A program made the position numbers and the translations under genes. From Thalassobaculaceae bacterium (GTDB taxonomy: Bacteria > Pseudomonadota > Alphaproteobacteria > Thalassobaculales > Thalassobaculaceae), in assembly GCA_965228875.1 (NCBI GenBank), contig OZ245843.1, positions 3,516,616 through 3,580,615 of the forward strand: a stretch of 64,000 nt of DNA. The letters run 5' to 3'. The stretch's first letter is position 1. Each line of letters starts with the position of its first letter. Positions 46,682 through 57,897 of the stretch are shown here, piece after piece. A model generated the notes under the pieces. That model saw nothing but the letters and a program-made list of their open reading frames with translations, did not search any database and had not been told where the DNA came from.

Positions 46682-47209
46682 ATGCAGGTCGACAACGACC
46701 CGATCCTGAGAGAGGCGCTGGCGTTCTGGGCGGACTGCCGGCCGGTTGGAGGACTGCCCACACGCGAGGAGATCGACCCCGTCCGGATTCCCCCTCGGCT
46801 GTTCCCCTACCTGGTGCTGGCGGACGTTGTGACGCCGGCCGGCCGCGTGCGGTACCGCCTCGTCGGCGAGGAGATGGTCCACCGATGGGGCACGAATTTC
46901 GCCGGCCGCCGCTCCGACGAGATTTTCACGGGCGACTACCGGACGTACCTGGAGAACGCCTTCGCGCTGTCCATCGGCAAGCGGCTACCGGTCTATACCG
47001 CCAGCCGGTTCCGCTGGGACGTCGGCGGGTACCTGTGGACGCGGCGGGTGATGCTGCCGATCGGGGCGACCGCCGCCGGCCCGACGTCCCAGATCCTGGT
47101 GGTGCAGACCTGGCCGGGAAACCCCGAAGGCGACCGGACCGACCCGATGGCGATCATTCCCGGCACCGCCCCGCTGGAAAACATCGACCCGGTGCTGATC
47201 GATCCGTGA
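46682..47209 (+). CDS. Stand-alone PAS-fold (PAS_5/DUF1457-like) protein
   Basis: FW.......LPTREEIDP..IP....PYL...YRLVG. Confidence 0.75.
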   Translation: MQVDNDPILREALAFWADCRPVGGLPTREEIDPVRIPPRLFPYLVLADVVTPAGRVRYRLVGEEMVHRWGTNFAGRRSDEIFTGDYRTYLENAFALSIGKRLPVYTASRFRWDVGGYLWTRRVMLPIGATAAGPTSQILVVQTWPGNPEGDRTDPMAIIPGTAPLENIDPVLIDP

Positions 47210-47423
47210 CCCATGAAACCGTCCGATCGGCGGCGGAGCGAGATATCCGTGGCGGCGGGCACGGGATTGGTGTATCGCAGTTCCGATCACGTGGAGACGA
47301 TCCGATGGCCGACCGGCACTCTCGAGTGGAGCGACGACGACAGGTGCAGCGCCGCACCTGAACGCCCCGTGCCGGCCGACCGGACGGGGAACGACCGCCC
47401 CGCTCCGGAACCAGGCCACCGTC

Positions 47424-47987
47424 ATGTTTCATATCCGCGCCGAACTCCCCGCCGATACCGCCGCCGTCGATCACCTGAACGATCTGGGATTCGGTCCCGA
47501 CCGCAAGGGCCGCACGGTCTGGCGCCTACGCCAGGGCCCGGTGGCCGACGGCCTCGCCTTCGTCGCCGCCGATCCGGTCGAGGACCGGGTGCTGGCCACC
47601 CTCCGCTTCTGGCCGGTTTCCGTCGGTGACGGTGTCGCCGCCGGTGTCACCGCCGTCCTGCTGGGTCCGCTCGCCGTGTGCCCCAGCATGCAGGGGCAGG
47701 GCATGGGGCGGGCCCTGGTCGGACACGGCCTGCAGGCGGCACGCGACACCGGTTGGGACCTGTGTCTGGTCTCCGGCGACCCTGCCTACTACCGGCCCTA
47801 CGGCTTCGAGGCCGCCCCGCCCTACGGTTTCGAGATGCCCGGCCCGGTGAAAGCAGGCTGGCTGCAGGTGCGCGAGCTGCGGCCCGGCGCGCTGGGTATG
47901 CTTCCCGAGGCCGAAATCCTGCCGATCCAGCCCCGGAGGTGGGTTCGCGGAGGCGACGGGTTGATCACGCTCCGCGCCACCGGGTGA
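47424..47987 (+). CDS. GNAT N-acetyltransferase (YhbS-like)
   Basis: LLGPLAV.PSMQGQGMGRALV, GDPAYY..YGF. Confidence 0.85.
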   Translation: MFHIRAELPADTAAVDHLNDLGFGPDRKGRTVWRLRQGPVADGLAFVAADPVEDRVLATLRFWPVSVGDGVAAGVTAVLLGPLAVCPSMQGQGMGRALVGHGLQAARDTGWDLCLVSGDPAYYRPYGFEAAPPYGFEMPGPVKAGWLQVRELRPGALGMLPEAEILPIQPRRWVRGGDGLITLRATG

Positions 47988-48760
47988 GCGGGGTGTCCGC
48001 CCCGCTCATGGAGGCCGGGCTGCTCGGCTGGAGTCTGCCGATCTGGGCGGCGGTCTTCGCCGCCTGCGGCGTCGCCGGCGTGGTCCGGGGTTTCACCGGG
48101 TTCGGCTTTCCGCTGATCGTCGTCACGTCGACCAGCCTTGTGGTCGCGCCGGTCGAGATCGTGCCCATCGCCCTGCTGCTGGACATCCTGGCGGGGGTGC
48201 GGATGCTCCCGGCGGTGCGCACCGAGGTCGACCGCCGCGGCGTCGCCTTCCTGGTGCTCGGCGCGGTGCCGGCCATTCCGGCCGGTGCCTGGCTGCTGGC
48301 CTCGCTCGACGCGGAGACCATGCGTCTGGCGATCGGCGTCATGGTGCTGGTCGCCGTGCTGGTCATCGCCCGCGGCTACCGCATGATCCGCGCTCCGGCC
48401 GCACCGCTGCTCACGGGCACCGGCGTCGCCGCCGGCTTCCTGTCGGGCACCATGGGCATGCCGGGGCCGCCGGTGATCCTGCTGTACCTGTCCTCGCCCC
48501 TGCCGGTGGCGACCCTGCGCGCCACCTCGATCGCCTTCTTCCTGTTCACCGATCTGGTCTCGCTCCTGGCCATGGTCTGGTTCGAGATCATCGACACCAT
48601 GGTACTCTGGCGGGCGCTCGTGCTGGTTCCCGTGGTCGAGCTGGCAGTGCTCGGCGGCCGTCACCTCTACGGCGTGGCCGACCCGGCCCATGTGAAACGC
48701 GCCGCCCTGGTCCTGCTCGCGGTGCTGGCGGTGGTGGCGATCGGCAGGAGCGTGTTGTAA
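47984..48760 (+). CDS. Sulfite exporter TauE/SafE family membrane protein
   Basis: AGVVRGFTGFGF, G..SG..GMPGPP, about 8 hydrophobic segments; start 47984 (GTG) or 48008. Confidence 0.82.
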   Translation: MSGVSAPLMEAGLLGWSLPIWAAVFAACGVAGVVRGFTGFGFPLIVVTSTSLVVAPVEIVPIALLLDILAGVRMLPAVRTEVDRRGVAFLVLGAVPAIPAGAWLLASLDAETMRLAIGVMVLVAVLVIARGYRMIRAPAAPLLTGTGVAAGFLSGTMGMPGPPVILLYLSSPLPVATLRATSIAFFLFTDLVSLLAMVWFEIIDTMVLWRALVLVPVVELAVLGGRHLYGVADPAHVKRAALVLLAVLAVVAIGRSVL

Positions 48761-48790
48761 GGCGCACGCCGCCTTCCTCCCCCGCGCAAG

Positions 48791-48816
48791 CGGCCGGACC
48801 GTCGCCGGTCCGGCCG
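48791..48816. terminator. Hairpin between convergent genes
   Basis: Perfect 10-bp stem cggccggacc/ggtccggccg; no U-tract. Confidence 0.5.
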
Positions 48817-48837
48817 AAGGCGTTCCGCGACGGGCCG

Positions 48838-49041
48838 TCAGGCCGCCATCGACCCTTCGCGAACGATGGTGAAGCGGGCGAGACAGATGCTGCGGGTCTC
48901 GACCGCCACCCGCTCCCACGCCCGGTGGGCGTCCTCGTGGTTCAGGTAGGGGCCGAGAATCTTCTCGGTGCCTTCGATCACGCGGTCGAACGCCGTGTTG
49001 GCGTACTCGCCGCCGATCACCCAGAAACGTTGCTCGGACAT
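48838..49041 (-). CDS. DUF4170-like small protein (67 aa)
   Basis: MSEQRFWVIGGEY...GPY......AW; GGAGG RBS; directly downstream of aceA. Confidence 0.78.
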   Translation of the reverse strand: MSEQRFWVIGGEYANTAFDRVIEGTEKILGPYLNHEDAHRAWERVAVETRSICLARFTIVREGSMAA

Positions 49042-49085
49042 GGCTTTTCCTCCCTTCTCTCGGGCCGGTATCGGCTCCGCTGCGG

Positions 49086-50384
<1,299 letters not shown>

Positions 50385-50477
50385 ATCCGTGATCCTCCTC
50401 GAACCGGCGGCGTCGCGTTGTTGCGCCGCAGCGTCACGCAACCCTAGGAACGGATCTGGCAGTCAATCCATAAGTAT

Positions 50478-50546
50478 CTGTTTGCAAAAAGGTAAACCTG
50501 TCAAAGCCGTAACAGTCACAAACGCGAAACTGTAAAATCCGTAAAG
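50478..50546. promoter_or_regulatory. Putative RamB/ScfR-family operator region
   Basis: tttgcaaa followed by related ggtaaa, tgtcaaa, tgtaaa and cgtaaa motifs between divergent aceA and the regulator. Confidence 0.5.
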
Positions 50547-50608
50547 TGTTCGCATCCGCGAAACCGCCGTCCTAGACTGTCTTTCCGACAGGTCGTGGAC
50601 GCAGGGGT

Positions 50609-52045
50609 ATGGACAGCCTCGAACGCAAGGCGATGCTGGGCCACAAGGTCCGGCGCTTCAGGATGGACACCGGGCTGAGCCAGACCGAAATGGCCGCCCA
50701 GATCGGCATTTCGCCGAGCTACCTGAACCTGATCGAGCACAACCAGCGGCCGGTGACGGTGCCGCTGCTGTTCAAGCTGGGCCAGACCTTCGAGATCGAC
50801 CTGAAGGAGTTCGCCGAGGACGACGACCAGCGCCTGGCCGCCGGGTTGTCGGAGGTGTTCGGCGATACCCTGTTCGAGGGCCAGCGGGTGCCCGACCGCG
50901 AGATCCGGGAACTGGTCGCCGCCGCCCCCGCCGCCGCCCAGGGCATGCTCAGCCTCTATCAGGCGTATCGCCAGCTCTGGGAGACCGCTCAGGCGCTGGC
51001 CCACCGCGAGGGGGGCGACGGCGGGATCGACACGGCCATGCCGACCGCCCCGGTCGAGGAGGTTCGCGACTTCCTGCAGAGCGAGAACAACCATTTCGAC
51101 CCTCTGGAACGTCTCGCCGAGGAGATCTGGGAGAGCGCCGGGCTCGACCGGGACGCCCTGTTCGCCGGGCTGCGCGACCATATCGAAGGCGAGCACGCGA
51201 TCGGCGTGCGGGTCATGCCGGAAGAGGTGATGGGCGACACGCTGCGGCGCTGGGACCACCACCGCCGGCGCATCCTGATCTCCGAGACGCTGCTCGCCTC
51301 GGGGCGCGTCTTCAACCTGGCGGTCCAGTTCTTCCTGATTACCCGCCGCGACCTGCTGGACGACCTGGTGGACCGCGCGGGCCTGTCCAGCGACGAGGCG
51401 CGCGGGGTGTTGCGGGCGTCGCTGTCGGGCTACTTCGCCGGCGCGTTGATGATGCCCTATGCGCCGTTCCTGAAGGCGGCGAAGGACCTGCGCTACGACA
51501 TCGAGCTTCTCCGCCGACGGTTCGGCGCCAGCATCGAGCAGGTCTGCCACCGCCTGACCACCCTGCAGAGGCCGGGCGCGCGCGGCGTGCCGTTCTTCTT
51601 CCTGCGGGTCGACAACGCCGGCAACATCTCCAAGCGGCTGTCCGGCGGCGGCTACCACTTCGCCCGCTTCGGCGGCACCTGCCCCCGGCTCGCCGTGCAT
51701 GACGTGTTCCGAACGCCGGGCCAGATCCAGACCCAGGTCGCCAGCCTGCCGGACGACACCACCCTGTTCCTCCTGGCCCGCACGCTGGATGTCAGCGGCG
51801 GCGGCCGCGACCCGCTCCTGCCCCGCTACGCCATCGCGCTGGGATGCGAGTGGAAGGAGGCCCGCCACCTGATCTACGCTGACGGGCTCGGCGGCAAGCG
51901 GGCACCGGAGTCCGTCCCCGCCGGCGTCAGCTGTCGGGTATGCGAACGCCTGGACTGCAGCCAGCGCGCCCACCCGCCCGTGAACCACCGACTGCGGATC
52001 GACGACAACATGCGCCGCAGCCAGCCCTTCGACTTCGTAAGGTAG
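50609..52045 (+). CDS. ramB: ScfR/RamB-family short-chain fatty acyl-CoA regulator (XRE HTH)
   Basis: SQTEMAAQIGISPSYLNLIEHNQRP, EQVCHRLTTLQRPG, RVDNAGNISKR, CRVCERLDC.QRA; divergent from aceA. Confidence 0.85.
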   Translation: MDSLERKAMLGHKVRRFRMDTGLSQTEMAAQIGISPSYLNLIEHNQRPVTVPLLFKLGQTFEIDLKEFAEDDDQRLAAGLSEVFGDTLFEGQRVPDREIRELVAAAPAAAQGMLSLYQAYRQLWETAQALAHREGGDGGIDTAMPTAPVEEVRDFLQSENNHFDPLERLAEEIWESAGLDRDALFAGLRDHIEGEHAIGVRVMPEEVMGDTLRRWDHHRRRILISETLLASGRVFNLAVQFFLITRRDLLDDLVDRAGLSSDEARGVLRASLSGYFAGALMMPYAPFLKAAKDLRYDIELLRRRFGASIEQVCHRLTTLQRPGARGVPFFFLRVDNAGNISKRLSGGGYHFARFGGTCPRLAVHDVFRTPGQIQTQVASLPDDTTLFLLARTLDVSGGGRDPLLPRYAIALGCEWKEARHLIYADGLGGKRAPESVPAGVSCRVCERLDCSQRAHPPVNHRLRIDDNMRRSQPFDFVR

Positions 52046-52049
52046 CGAC

Positions 52050-53399
52050 ATGCAGGGATATCTCGAGCACATCGCCGACGCCCTCGGCGACGCGGAACCG
52101 GCATCGTTCTCCGTCACCGGCGAGGGCGGGCTGCCCTCGGTCTTCGCCGTCACCGATATGGCGACCGCGACCATCGGCGCCGCCTCGAGCGAGCTCTGCC
52201 GGCTGATCGCCCAGGCCTCGGGACATGCGCCGGAGGCGATCGTCGACCGCCGCATGGCCTCGTTCTGGTACGACCTCACCTTCGAGCCGCAGGGCTGGGA
52301 GATCCCCGGCATCTGGGACTCCATCGCCGGCGACTATCCGACGAAGGACGGCTGGATCCGGCTGCACACCAACGCGCCGCATCACCGCGCCGCCGCCCAG
52401 CGCGTGCTCGGCGACCATGACGACCGGGACGCGATGGCGCCGGCGGTCGCCGCGTGGGGGGCTGCGGCGCTGGAAGCCGCGATCGTCGCCGAGAACGGAT
52501 GCGCCGCCGAGATGCGGTCGATCGACGCCTGGGCCGAGCACCCCCAGGGCAAGGCCGTGAACGCCGAGCCGCTGATCCACATGGAGTGGGAGCCGGGCTC
52601 GCCCGACGGACGCGACGTCCGGTCCGACCGCCCGCTCGCCGGGCTCAAAGTCCTGGACTGCACCCGCGTGCTCGCCGGCCCTGCAGCCGGACGCTTCCTC
52701 GCCGGGTTCGGCGCCGACGTACTGCGCGTCGATCCGCCCTGGTGGGAGGAGCCGCTGCTCGAGCCGGACATGACGCTCGGCAAGCGCTGCACCGGGCTGG
52801 ACCTGAGGGAAGACGCCGACCGCGAGACCTTCGCCCGCCTGCTGTCCGAGGCCGACCTGTTCATCCACGGCTACCGCAGCGACGCGCTGGAGAAGATCGG
52901 GTTCGGCCTCGCCCGACGGCGGGAGTTGAACTCCGCGCTGATCGACGTCTCCCTCGACGCCTATGGCTGGAGCGGCCCATGGGCCACCCGCCGGGCCTTC
53001 GACAGCCTGATCCAGATGTCGAGCGGCATCGCCCATGCCGGGATGGTGCGGCGGGGGGCCGACAGGCCGGTGCCCCTGCCGGTCCAGGCACTCGACCACG
53101 CCACCGGCTACCTGATGGCGATCGCCGCCCTGCGCGGCATCGCGGAGCGACGGAGCAGCGGCCGGGTCCTGCGCGCCCGCGCCTCGCTGGCCCGAACCGC
53201 GAAACTGGTCGTCGACAACGATCCATCGGAGCTGGACGGGCCGCTGCGTCCGCGCGGGCGGGACGACCACCACCCCGAGCCGGAGCGGACCGGCCGAGGA
53301 CCGGCCCTGCGTCTCAAGCCGCCGGTGACGATCCCCGGCTGTCCGATGCGCCACGACCGCCCCGCCACCAACCTGCGGTCCTCGCCGCCGCGGTGGTGA
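52050..53399 (+). CDS. CoA-transferase family III (CaiB/BaiF-like)
   Basis: PLAGLKVLDCTRVLAGP, GADVLRVD, GKR...LDL, RRAFDSLIQ, QALDHATGYL. Confidence 0.85.
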   Translation: MQGYLEHIADALGDAEPASFSVTGEGGLPSVFAVTDMATATIGAASSELCRLIAQASGHAPEAIVDRRMASFWYDLTFEPQGWEIPGIWDSIAGDYPTKDGWIRLHTNAPHHRAAAQRVLGDHDDRDAMAPAVAAWGAAALEAAIVAENGCAAEMRSIDAWAEHPQGKAVNAEPLIHMEWEPGSPDGRDVRSDRPLAGLKVLDCTRVLAGPAAGRFLAGFGADVLRVDPPWWEEPLLEPDMTLGKRCTGLDLREDADRETFARLLSEADLFIHGYRSDALEKIGFGLARRRELNSALIDVSLDAYGWSGPWATRRAFDSLIQMSSGIAHAGMVRRGADRPVPLPVQALDHATGYLMAIAALRGIAERRSSGRVLRARASLARTAKLVVDNDPSELDGPLRPRGRDDHHPEPERTGRGPALRLKPPVTIPGCPMRHDRPATNLRSSPPRW

Positions 53400-53456
53400 C
53401 CGGTCTCCGCGGTTGACCTGACGGGGCGAAGGTTAGTTTATGAACAGACCTGACTG

Positions 53457-55724
53457 ATGCCGGTTCTCTCCATGCGCCCGTTCCTGTCCTGCCTGATCCT
53501 CGCCCTCGCCCTCCTGCTGGGCCACCCCGCCTCCGCCCAGGTCGTCCCGTCCGCAGCGCCGTCCGGACCGTCCGAAACTTCCGGGCCGACGGCCGCGGCC
53601 GACCTGGAGCGGCTGATCGACACGCTGGAGGATCCGGCCCGCCGCGATCAGCTGCTGAGCGATCTGCGTACCCTGCTCGAAGCGCGGAACGCCGACGGTT
53701 CCGCAAACGGCACCACCGAGGACGGCCACTCAATCGGCGACCAGATCTCCGACGCGGTGACACAGCACGGTGTGCGGATCCACGCGGTGTTCTCCGAGCT
53801 GATCGCCGCGCTGACCGCCATCGAGGACCTGCCCGAATGGGTGAACGAACAGATCACCCGGCCCGAGCGCCAGGTGTTCTGGATCGAGATTGCGACGGTC
53901 GGTCTCGGGTTTCCTATTCTGATCGCGCTGCTCGCCCGCTGGATCACCGGGGTCGCGCTCGGCGGCACCATCCGACGCCTGCGCAGCGGCGAGGCGCCGA
54001 CCATCCAGGCCCGGATCTTCGCCGCGGTCATGCGCACCCTGCTGGAGGCCTTCACCGTGGCCGCCGTCCTCGGCGCCGGTTATGCAGCTCTGGTGATCGT
54101 CCCGCGCAGCCCCGAAGCCGAGCGGATTGCCCTGATCGTGATCCAGGCGATCGCCGTCCACACCGGTGTCGGGGTGCTCGCCCGACTGGTGTTCGCCCCC
54201 TATGCCCCGCAGCTCCGGCCCCTGACCATCGCCGACGAGATCGCCGCCTACCTCTATGTCTGGGTGATGCGGATCTCCGCCGTCGGCGTGACCGGGTTCC
54301 TGATCTCGCGCACCGCCCTGCCGCTGGGCGCCGGCGCGGTCGGCAGCCACGCGCTGGAGATCGCCGCCGCCGCGGTGATGACCGCCATGCTGCTGATCCT
54401 GGTGACCCAGATGCGCACGACCGTTCGGACCGCGATCCGCGGCACCGCCGGCGGCGTCATCCGCCGGCGCTTCTCCGATATCTGGAACCTGCTGGCCAGC
54501 CTCTACATCCTGGTCGGGTTCGGCATCTACGTCTCCGGTGCCCAGGACGGTTTCCTGTTCCTCCTGCGGGCGACGGCGGTGACCGTCGGCACCGTCGCCG
54601 CGGCGATCTTCGTGCAGCACCTGGCGACCCGCACGCTGGACCGGCTGTTCACCGTCGACGAAGAACTGGAGCAGCGGTTCCCCGGCCTGACAAAGCGGGC
54701 CGGCCTGTACCGGCCGACCATGAAGAAGGCGATCGACCTGGTGATCTTCGTGCTCGCCGGCGTGGCGATCCTGGAGGGTTGGGACGCCGGCCTGGTCAGT
54801 TCGCTCAACACCGAGACCCGGGCCGGGCTTCTGCGCTCCGCCGGGACGATCATCCTGGTACTGATCGTGTGCATCGCCGTATGGGAGCTGACCGCCAGCG
54901 GCATCGCCCGCGTGCTCTCCGGCACCAACGCGGACGGCACGGTCCGGGAGGCGAGCAGCCGGACCAAGACCCTTCTGCCGCTGCTGCGCCGGGCGATCCT
55001 GGCGGCCCTGGTCGTGTTCGGCGGTCTCATCGTCCTGTCGGAGCTGGGCATCGACATCGCCCCGTTGCTGGCCGGTGCCGGTGTGGTCGGCCTGGCCATC
55101 GGCTTCGGCTCCCAGGCGCTGGTCCGCGACGTGATCACCGGCCTGTTCATCCTGATCGAGGATACGGTGTCGGTCGGCGACGTGGTGACGGCGGGCGGCC
55201 ATACCGGCGTGGTCGAGGACCTGTCGATCCGCACGATCCGGCTGCGCGACGTCGAGGGCTCGGTGCACATCATCCCGTTCGGCGACGTCACGTCGGTGAT
55301 CAATCTCACCAAGGACTATTCCTTCGCCCTGGTCGACATCGGCGTCGCCTACCGCGAGGATACCGACCACGTCAGTGACGTGATCCGCGCGGTCGCCGAG
55401 GAGATGCGGGCGGATCCGGCCTGGAGTCCGGTCGTCCTGGAGCCGATCGAGATCTTCGGCGTCAACGAGCTGGCCGACAGCGCGGTGATCATCCGCACCC
55501 GGATCAAGACCCCGCCGGTCAAGCAGTGGGGCGTGAAGCGCGAACTGCTGCGCCGCATCAAGAAGCGCTTCGACGCCGAGGGCATCGAGATCCCGTTCCC
55601 GCACACCACGGTCTATTTCGGTGTCGATTCGGCCGGCAAGGCGCCGCCCGCCCATGTCATGCTCCAGGCGGAGGCGACCGCGCGGCAGCTTGACGCTCCC
55701 GATGTCCCGGACGCGAGCCGGTAG
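53457..55724 (+). CDS. MscS-family mechanosensitive channel (YbiO-like)
   Basis: Signal peptide, many TM segments, GIDIAPLLAGAGVVGLAIGFGSQALVRD..TGLFIL.ED. Confidence 0.9.
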   Translation: MPVLSMRPFLSCLILALALLLGHPASAQVVPSAAPSGPSETSGPTAAADLERLIDTLEDPARRDQLLSDLRTLLEARNADGSANGTTEDGHSIGDQISDAVTQHGVRIHAVFSELIAALTAIEDLPEWVNEQITRPERQVFWIEIATVGLGFPILIALLARWITGVALGGTIRRLRSGEAPTIQARIFAAVMRTLLEAFTVAAVLGAGYAALVIVPRSPEAERIALIVIQAIAVHTGVGVLARLVFAPYAPQLRPLTIADEIAAYLYVWVMRISAVGVTGFLISRTALPLGAGAVGSHALEIAAAAVMTAMLLILVTQMRTTVRTAIRGTAGGVIRRRFSDIWNLLASLYILVGFGIYVSGAQDGFLFLLRATAVTVGTVAAAIFVQHLATRTLDRLFTVDEELEQRFPGLTKRAGLYRPTMKKAIDLVIFVLAGVAILEGWDAGLVSSLNTETRAGLLRSAGTIILVLIVCIAVWELTASGIARVLSGTNADGTVREASSRTKTLLPLLRRAILAALVVFGGLIVLSELGIDIAPLLAGAGVVGLAIGFGSQALVRDVITGLFILIEDTVSVGDVVTAGGHTGVVEDLSIRTIRLRDVEGSVHIIPFGDVTSVINLTKDYSFALVDIGVAYREDTDHVSDVIRAVAEEMRADPAWSPVVLEPIEIFGVNELADSAVIIRTRIKTPPVKQWGVKRELLRRIKKRFDAEGIEIPFPHTTVYFGVDSAGKAPPAHVMLQAEATARQLDAPDVPDASR

Positions 55725-55780
55725 CGCCGCCGACCGGCGACCTGCTACTCTCCCGCCGCCCGCCGCCACCGCTCCGGCCC

Positions 55781-56449
55781 ATGCGCACGCTCTATCACCT
55801 CGCCCTGTCCCCGCAGTCCCGCCTGATCCGCCTGGTCCTCGGCGAGAAGCGCATGGAGGTCCATCTGCGCGCCGAACCGGTCTGGGAACGGCGTGACGAG
55901 TTTCTCGCCATCAACCCCGCCGGCGAGGTCCCGGTCCTGGTCGAGGACGACGGCAGCACCGTCGCCGGCTCCCAGGCGATCGCTGAATACCTGGAGGAAT
56001 GCGACACCGCCGTTCCGCTGCTGCCGGGCGCCACGGTCGACCGGGCGGAGATCCGCCGGCTGGTGGCGTGGTTCGACCGGAAGTTCGACCGCGAGGTCAC
56101 CGAGCTCCTGGTCGGCGAGAAGGTGATGAAGCGCTTCCTCGGCATCGGCGAACCGTCGAGCGAGGCGATCCGGGCCGGGCATGCCAACCTGCAGATCCAT
56201 CTCGCCTATATCGCCTGGCTGGCCGAGCGTAGGACCTGGCTGGCCGGCGACCGGTTCTCGCTCGCCGATCTGGCGGCAGCGGCGCACCTGTCCTGCGTCG
56301 ACTATCTCGGCGACGTGCCCTGGGACTCCGCACCCGAGGCCAAGGAATGGTACGCCCGGGTGAAGTCGCGTCCGGCGTTCCGGTCGCTGCTGGCCGACAG
56401 CGTCCCCGGCCTGCGCCCCGCCGGCCATTACGCGGACCTGGATTTCTGA
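55781..56449 (+). CDS. fzlA: GST-fold FtsZ-binding protein FzlA
   Basis: SRLIRLVLGEK, INPAGEVPVL, DYLGDVPW, WY.RVKSRPAFR, C-terminal HYADLDF. Confidence 0.8.
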   Translation: MRTLYHLALSPQSRLIRLVLGEKRMEVHLRAEPVWERRDEFLAINPAGEVPVLVEDDGSTVAGSQAIAEYLEECDTAVPLLPGATVDRAEIRRLVAWFDRKFDREVTELLVGEKVMKRFLGIGEPSSEAIRAGHANLQIHLAYIAWLAERRTWLAGDRFSLADLAAAAHLSCVDYLGDVPWDSAPEAKEWYARVKSRPAFRSLLADSVPGLRPAGHYADLDF

Positions 56450-56543
56450 ATCCCAGTCGTTAGCGGAGTGCAGGAAAATCCTGGTGCACGATGCTCAAAT
56501 CCCTATTTTTGATGTGTTCATTTCAGGAAGCCGGGAGACGGGC

Positions 56544-57806
56544 ATGGCGTTGATCGGGCATGTCGATCAGGTTATCGACGGCAAAATTCGCGGATGGGCA
56601 TTCGACCCGGAAGCGCCTGACGCCGCCGTCGAAGTCGTCCTCAAGGTGGCGGATGACGAAATCGCCCGGACGAACGCGGACATCTTCCGCAAGGACCTTC
56701 TCCCCCATGGCATCGGCGACGGCCATCACGGCTTCGAGGCGGCGCTGCCCGGGACCGCGTCACCAAGCCGGATCTCCGCCCGGTTCGCCCGCACCGACAA
56801 GCCCATCCCCGGCAGTTTCGCGGAGCAGGTGTCGCCGGCGCGCCGCATGCGAACGCCACGCGCCGAGAACCCGCTGCTCGACCAGCTGCTGGAGGAGGAT
56901 CCCCTGCCGGCGGACCGCGAGGCCCTGTTGCGTGAGTTCGCCAAGGCCGGCTTCCTGAAGTTCCGCGTGACCGATCCGGACTTCGACAGTCTGGCGAAAC
57001 AGGCGGTCGAGGAGGTCGACTGGTCGCGCTCGAATGGCATCCGCTTTCAGGACGCCTGGTCGGAGGTCGAGGCCGTGCGGCGCCTGGCGACGCTGCCGGA
57101 AGTCATGGACATGCTGGAGTTGCTCTACGGCCGACAGGCGGTACCGTTCCAGACCCTGAGTTTTCGCGTCGGCACCCAGCAGGAGACCCATTCGGACTCC
57201 ATCCACTTCTCCAGTCAGCCGGCGCGATTCATGTGCGGGGTCTGGATCGCCCTGGAGCCGATCGACCGGGACAACGGCGCCCTTCACTATTATCCGGGGT
57301 CCCACCGGTTGCCGATCCTGGACCTGAACGACCTGGGCCTGATCGCCACCCCCGAGGAGATCGACACCAACTATCAGACCTATGTGGAGACGCTGCAGTC
57401 GATGATCAGCGCCCATGGTCTCCGCAAGGAAGTCGCCATCATGGACCGCGGCGAGGCGATCATATGGGCCGCCAATCTGTATCACGGCGGCGAGCCGATC
57501 CGGGATCCCGGGCGCACGCGCTTCAGCCAGGTCACCCACTATTATTTCGAGGGATGCAGCTACTTCTCGCCACTCACCTCCAACCCCGCCATGAACCAGT
57601 TGGTCCGTCCGGAGCGGCGCGACGTCAGGACCGGCGCGTTGATCCCGCACCGTTTCGAGGGGCTCGATGTCGGCCCCGCGTCCATCACCGTCGAGGACGG
57701 GACCGCAGGCGATGAGCCCGAAGAGGCCACACAGGAGGCTCCGGAGGCCGGCGCAGAGGACCGTACATCCCTGCTCGGAAAGCTCCGCCGTCGGCTTGGC
57801 ACGTGA
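56544..57806 (+). CDS. Phytanoyl-CoA dioxygenase (PhyH)-family Fe/2OG enzyme with an extra N-terminal domain
   Basis: HSDSIHF (HxD), GVWIALE...NGAL.YYPGSH, WAANLYHGG, SQVTHYYF. Confidence 0.85.
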   Translation: MALIGHVDQVIDGKIRGWAFDPEAPDAAVEVVLKVADDEIARTNADIFRKDLLPHGIGDGHHGFEAALPGTASPSRISARFARTDKPIPGSFAEQVSPARRMRTPRAENPLLDQLLEEDPLPADREALLREFAKAGFLKFRVTDPDFDSLAKQAVEEVDWSRSNGIRFQDAWSEVEAVRRLATLPEVMDMLELLYGRQAVPFQTLSFRVGTQQETHSDSIHFSSQPARFMCGVWIALEPIDRDNGALHYYPGSHRLPILDLNDLGLIATPEEIDTNYQTYVETLQSMISAHGLRKEVAIMDRGEAIIWAANLYHGGEPIRDPGRTRFSQVTHYYFEGCSYFSPLTSNPAMNQLVRPERRDVRTGALIPHRFEGLDVGPASITVEDGTAGDEPEEATQEAPEAGAEDRTSLLGKLRRRLGT

Positions 57807-57897
57807 GGCTCGCGTTTCCGGTTTGACCGCCGCCGCGTCAATCCCGCTACCCTGGAGCTGATCAGGACCTCGGAACGGGGCGTGCAGGGAGGTAGCG

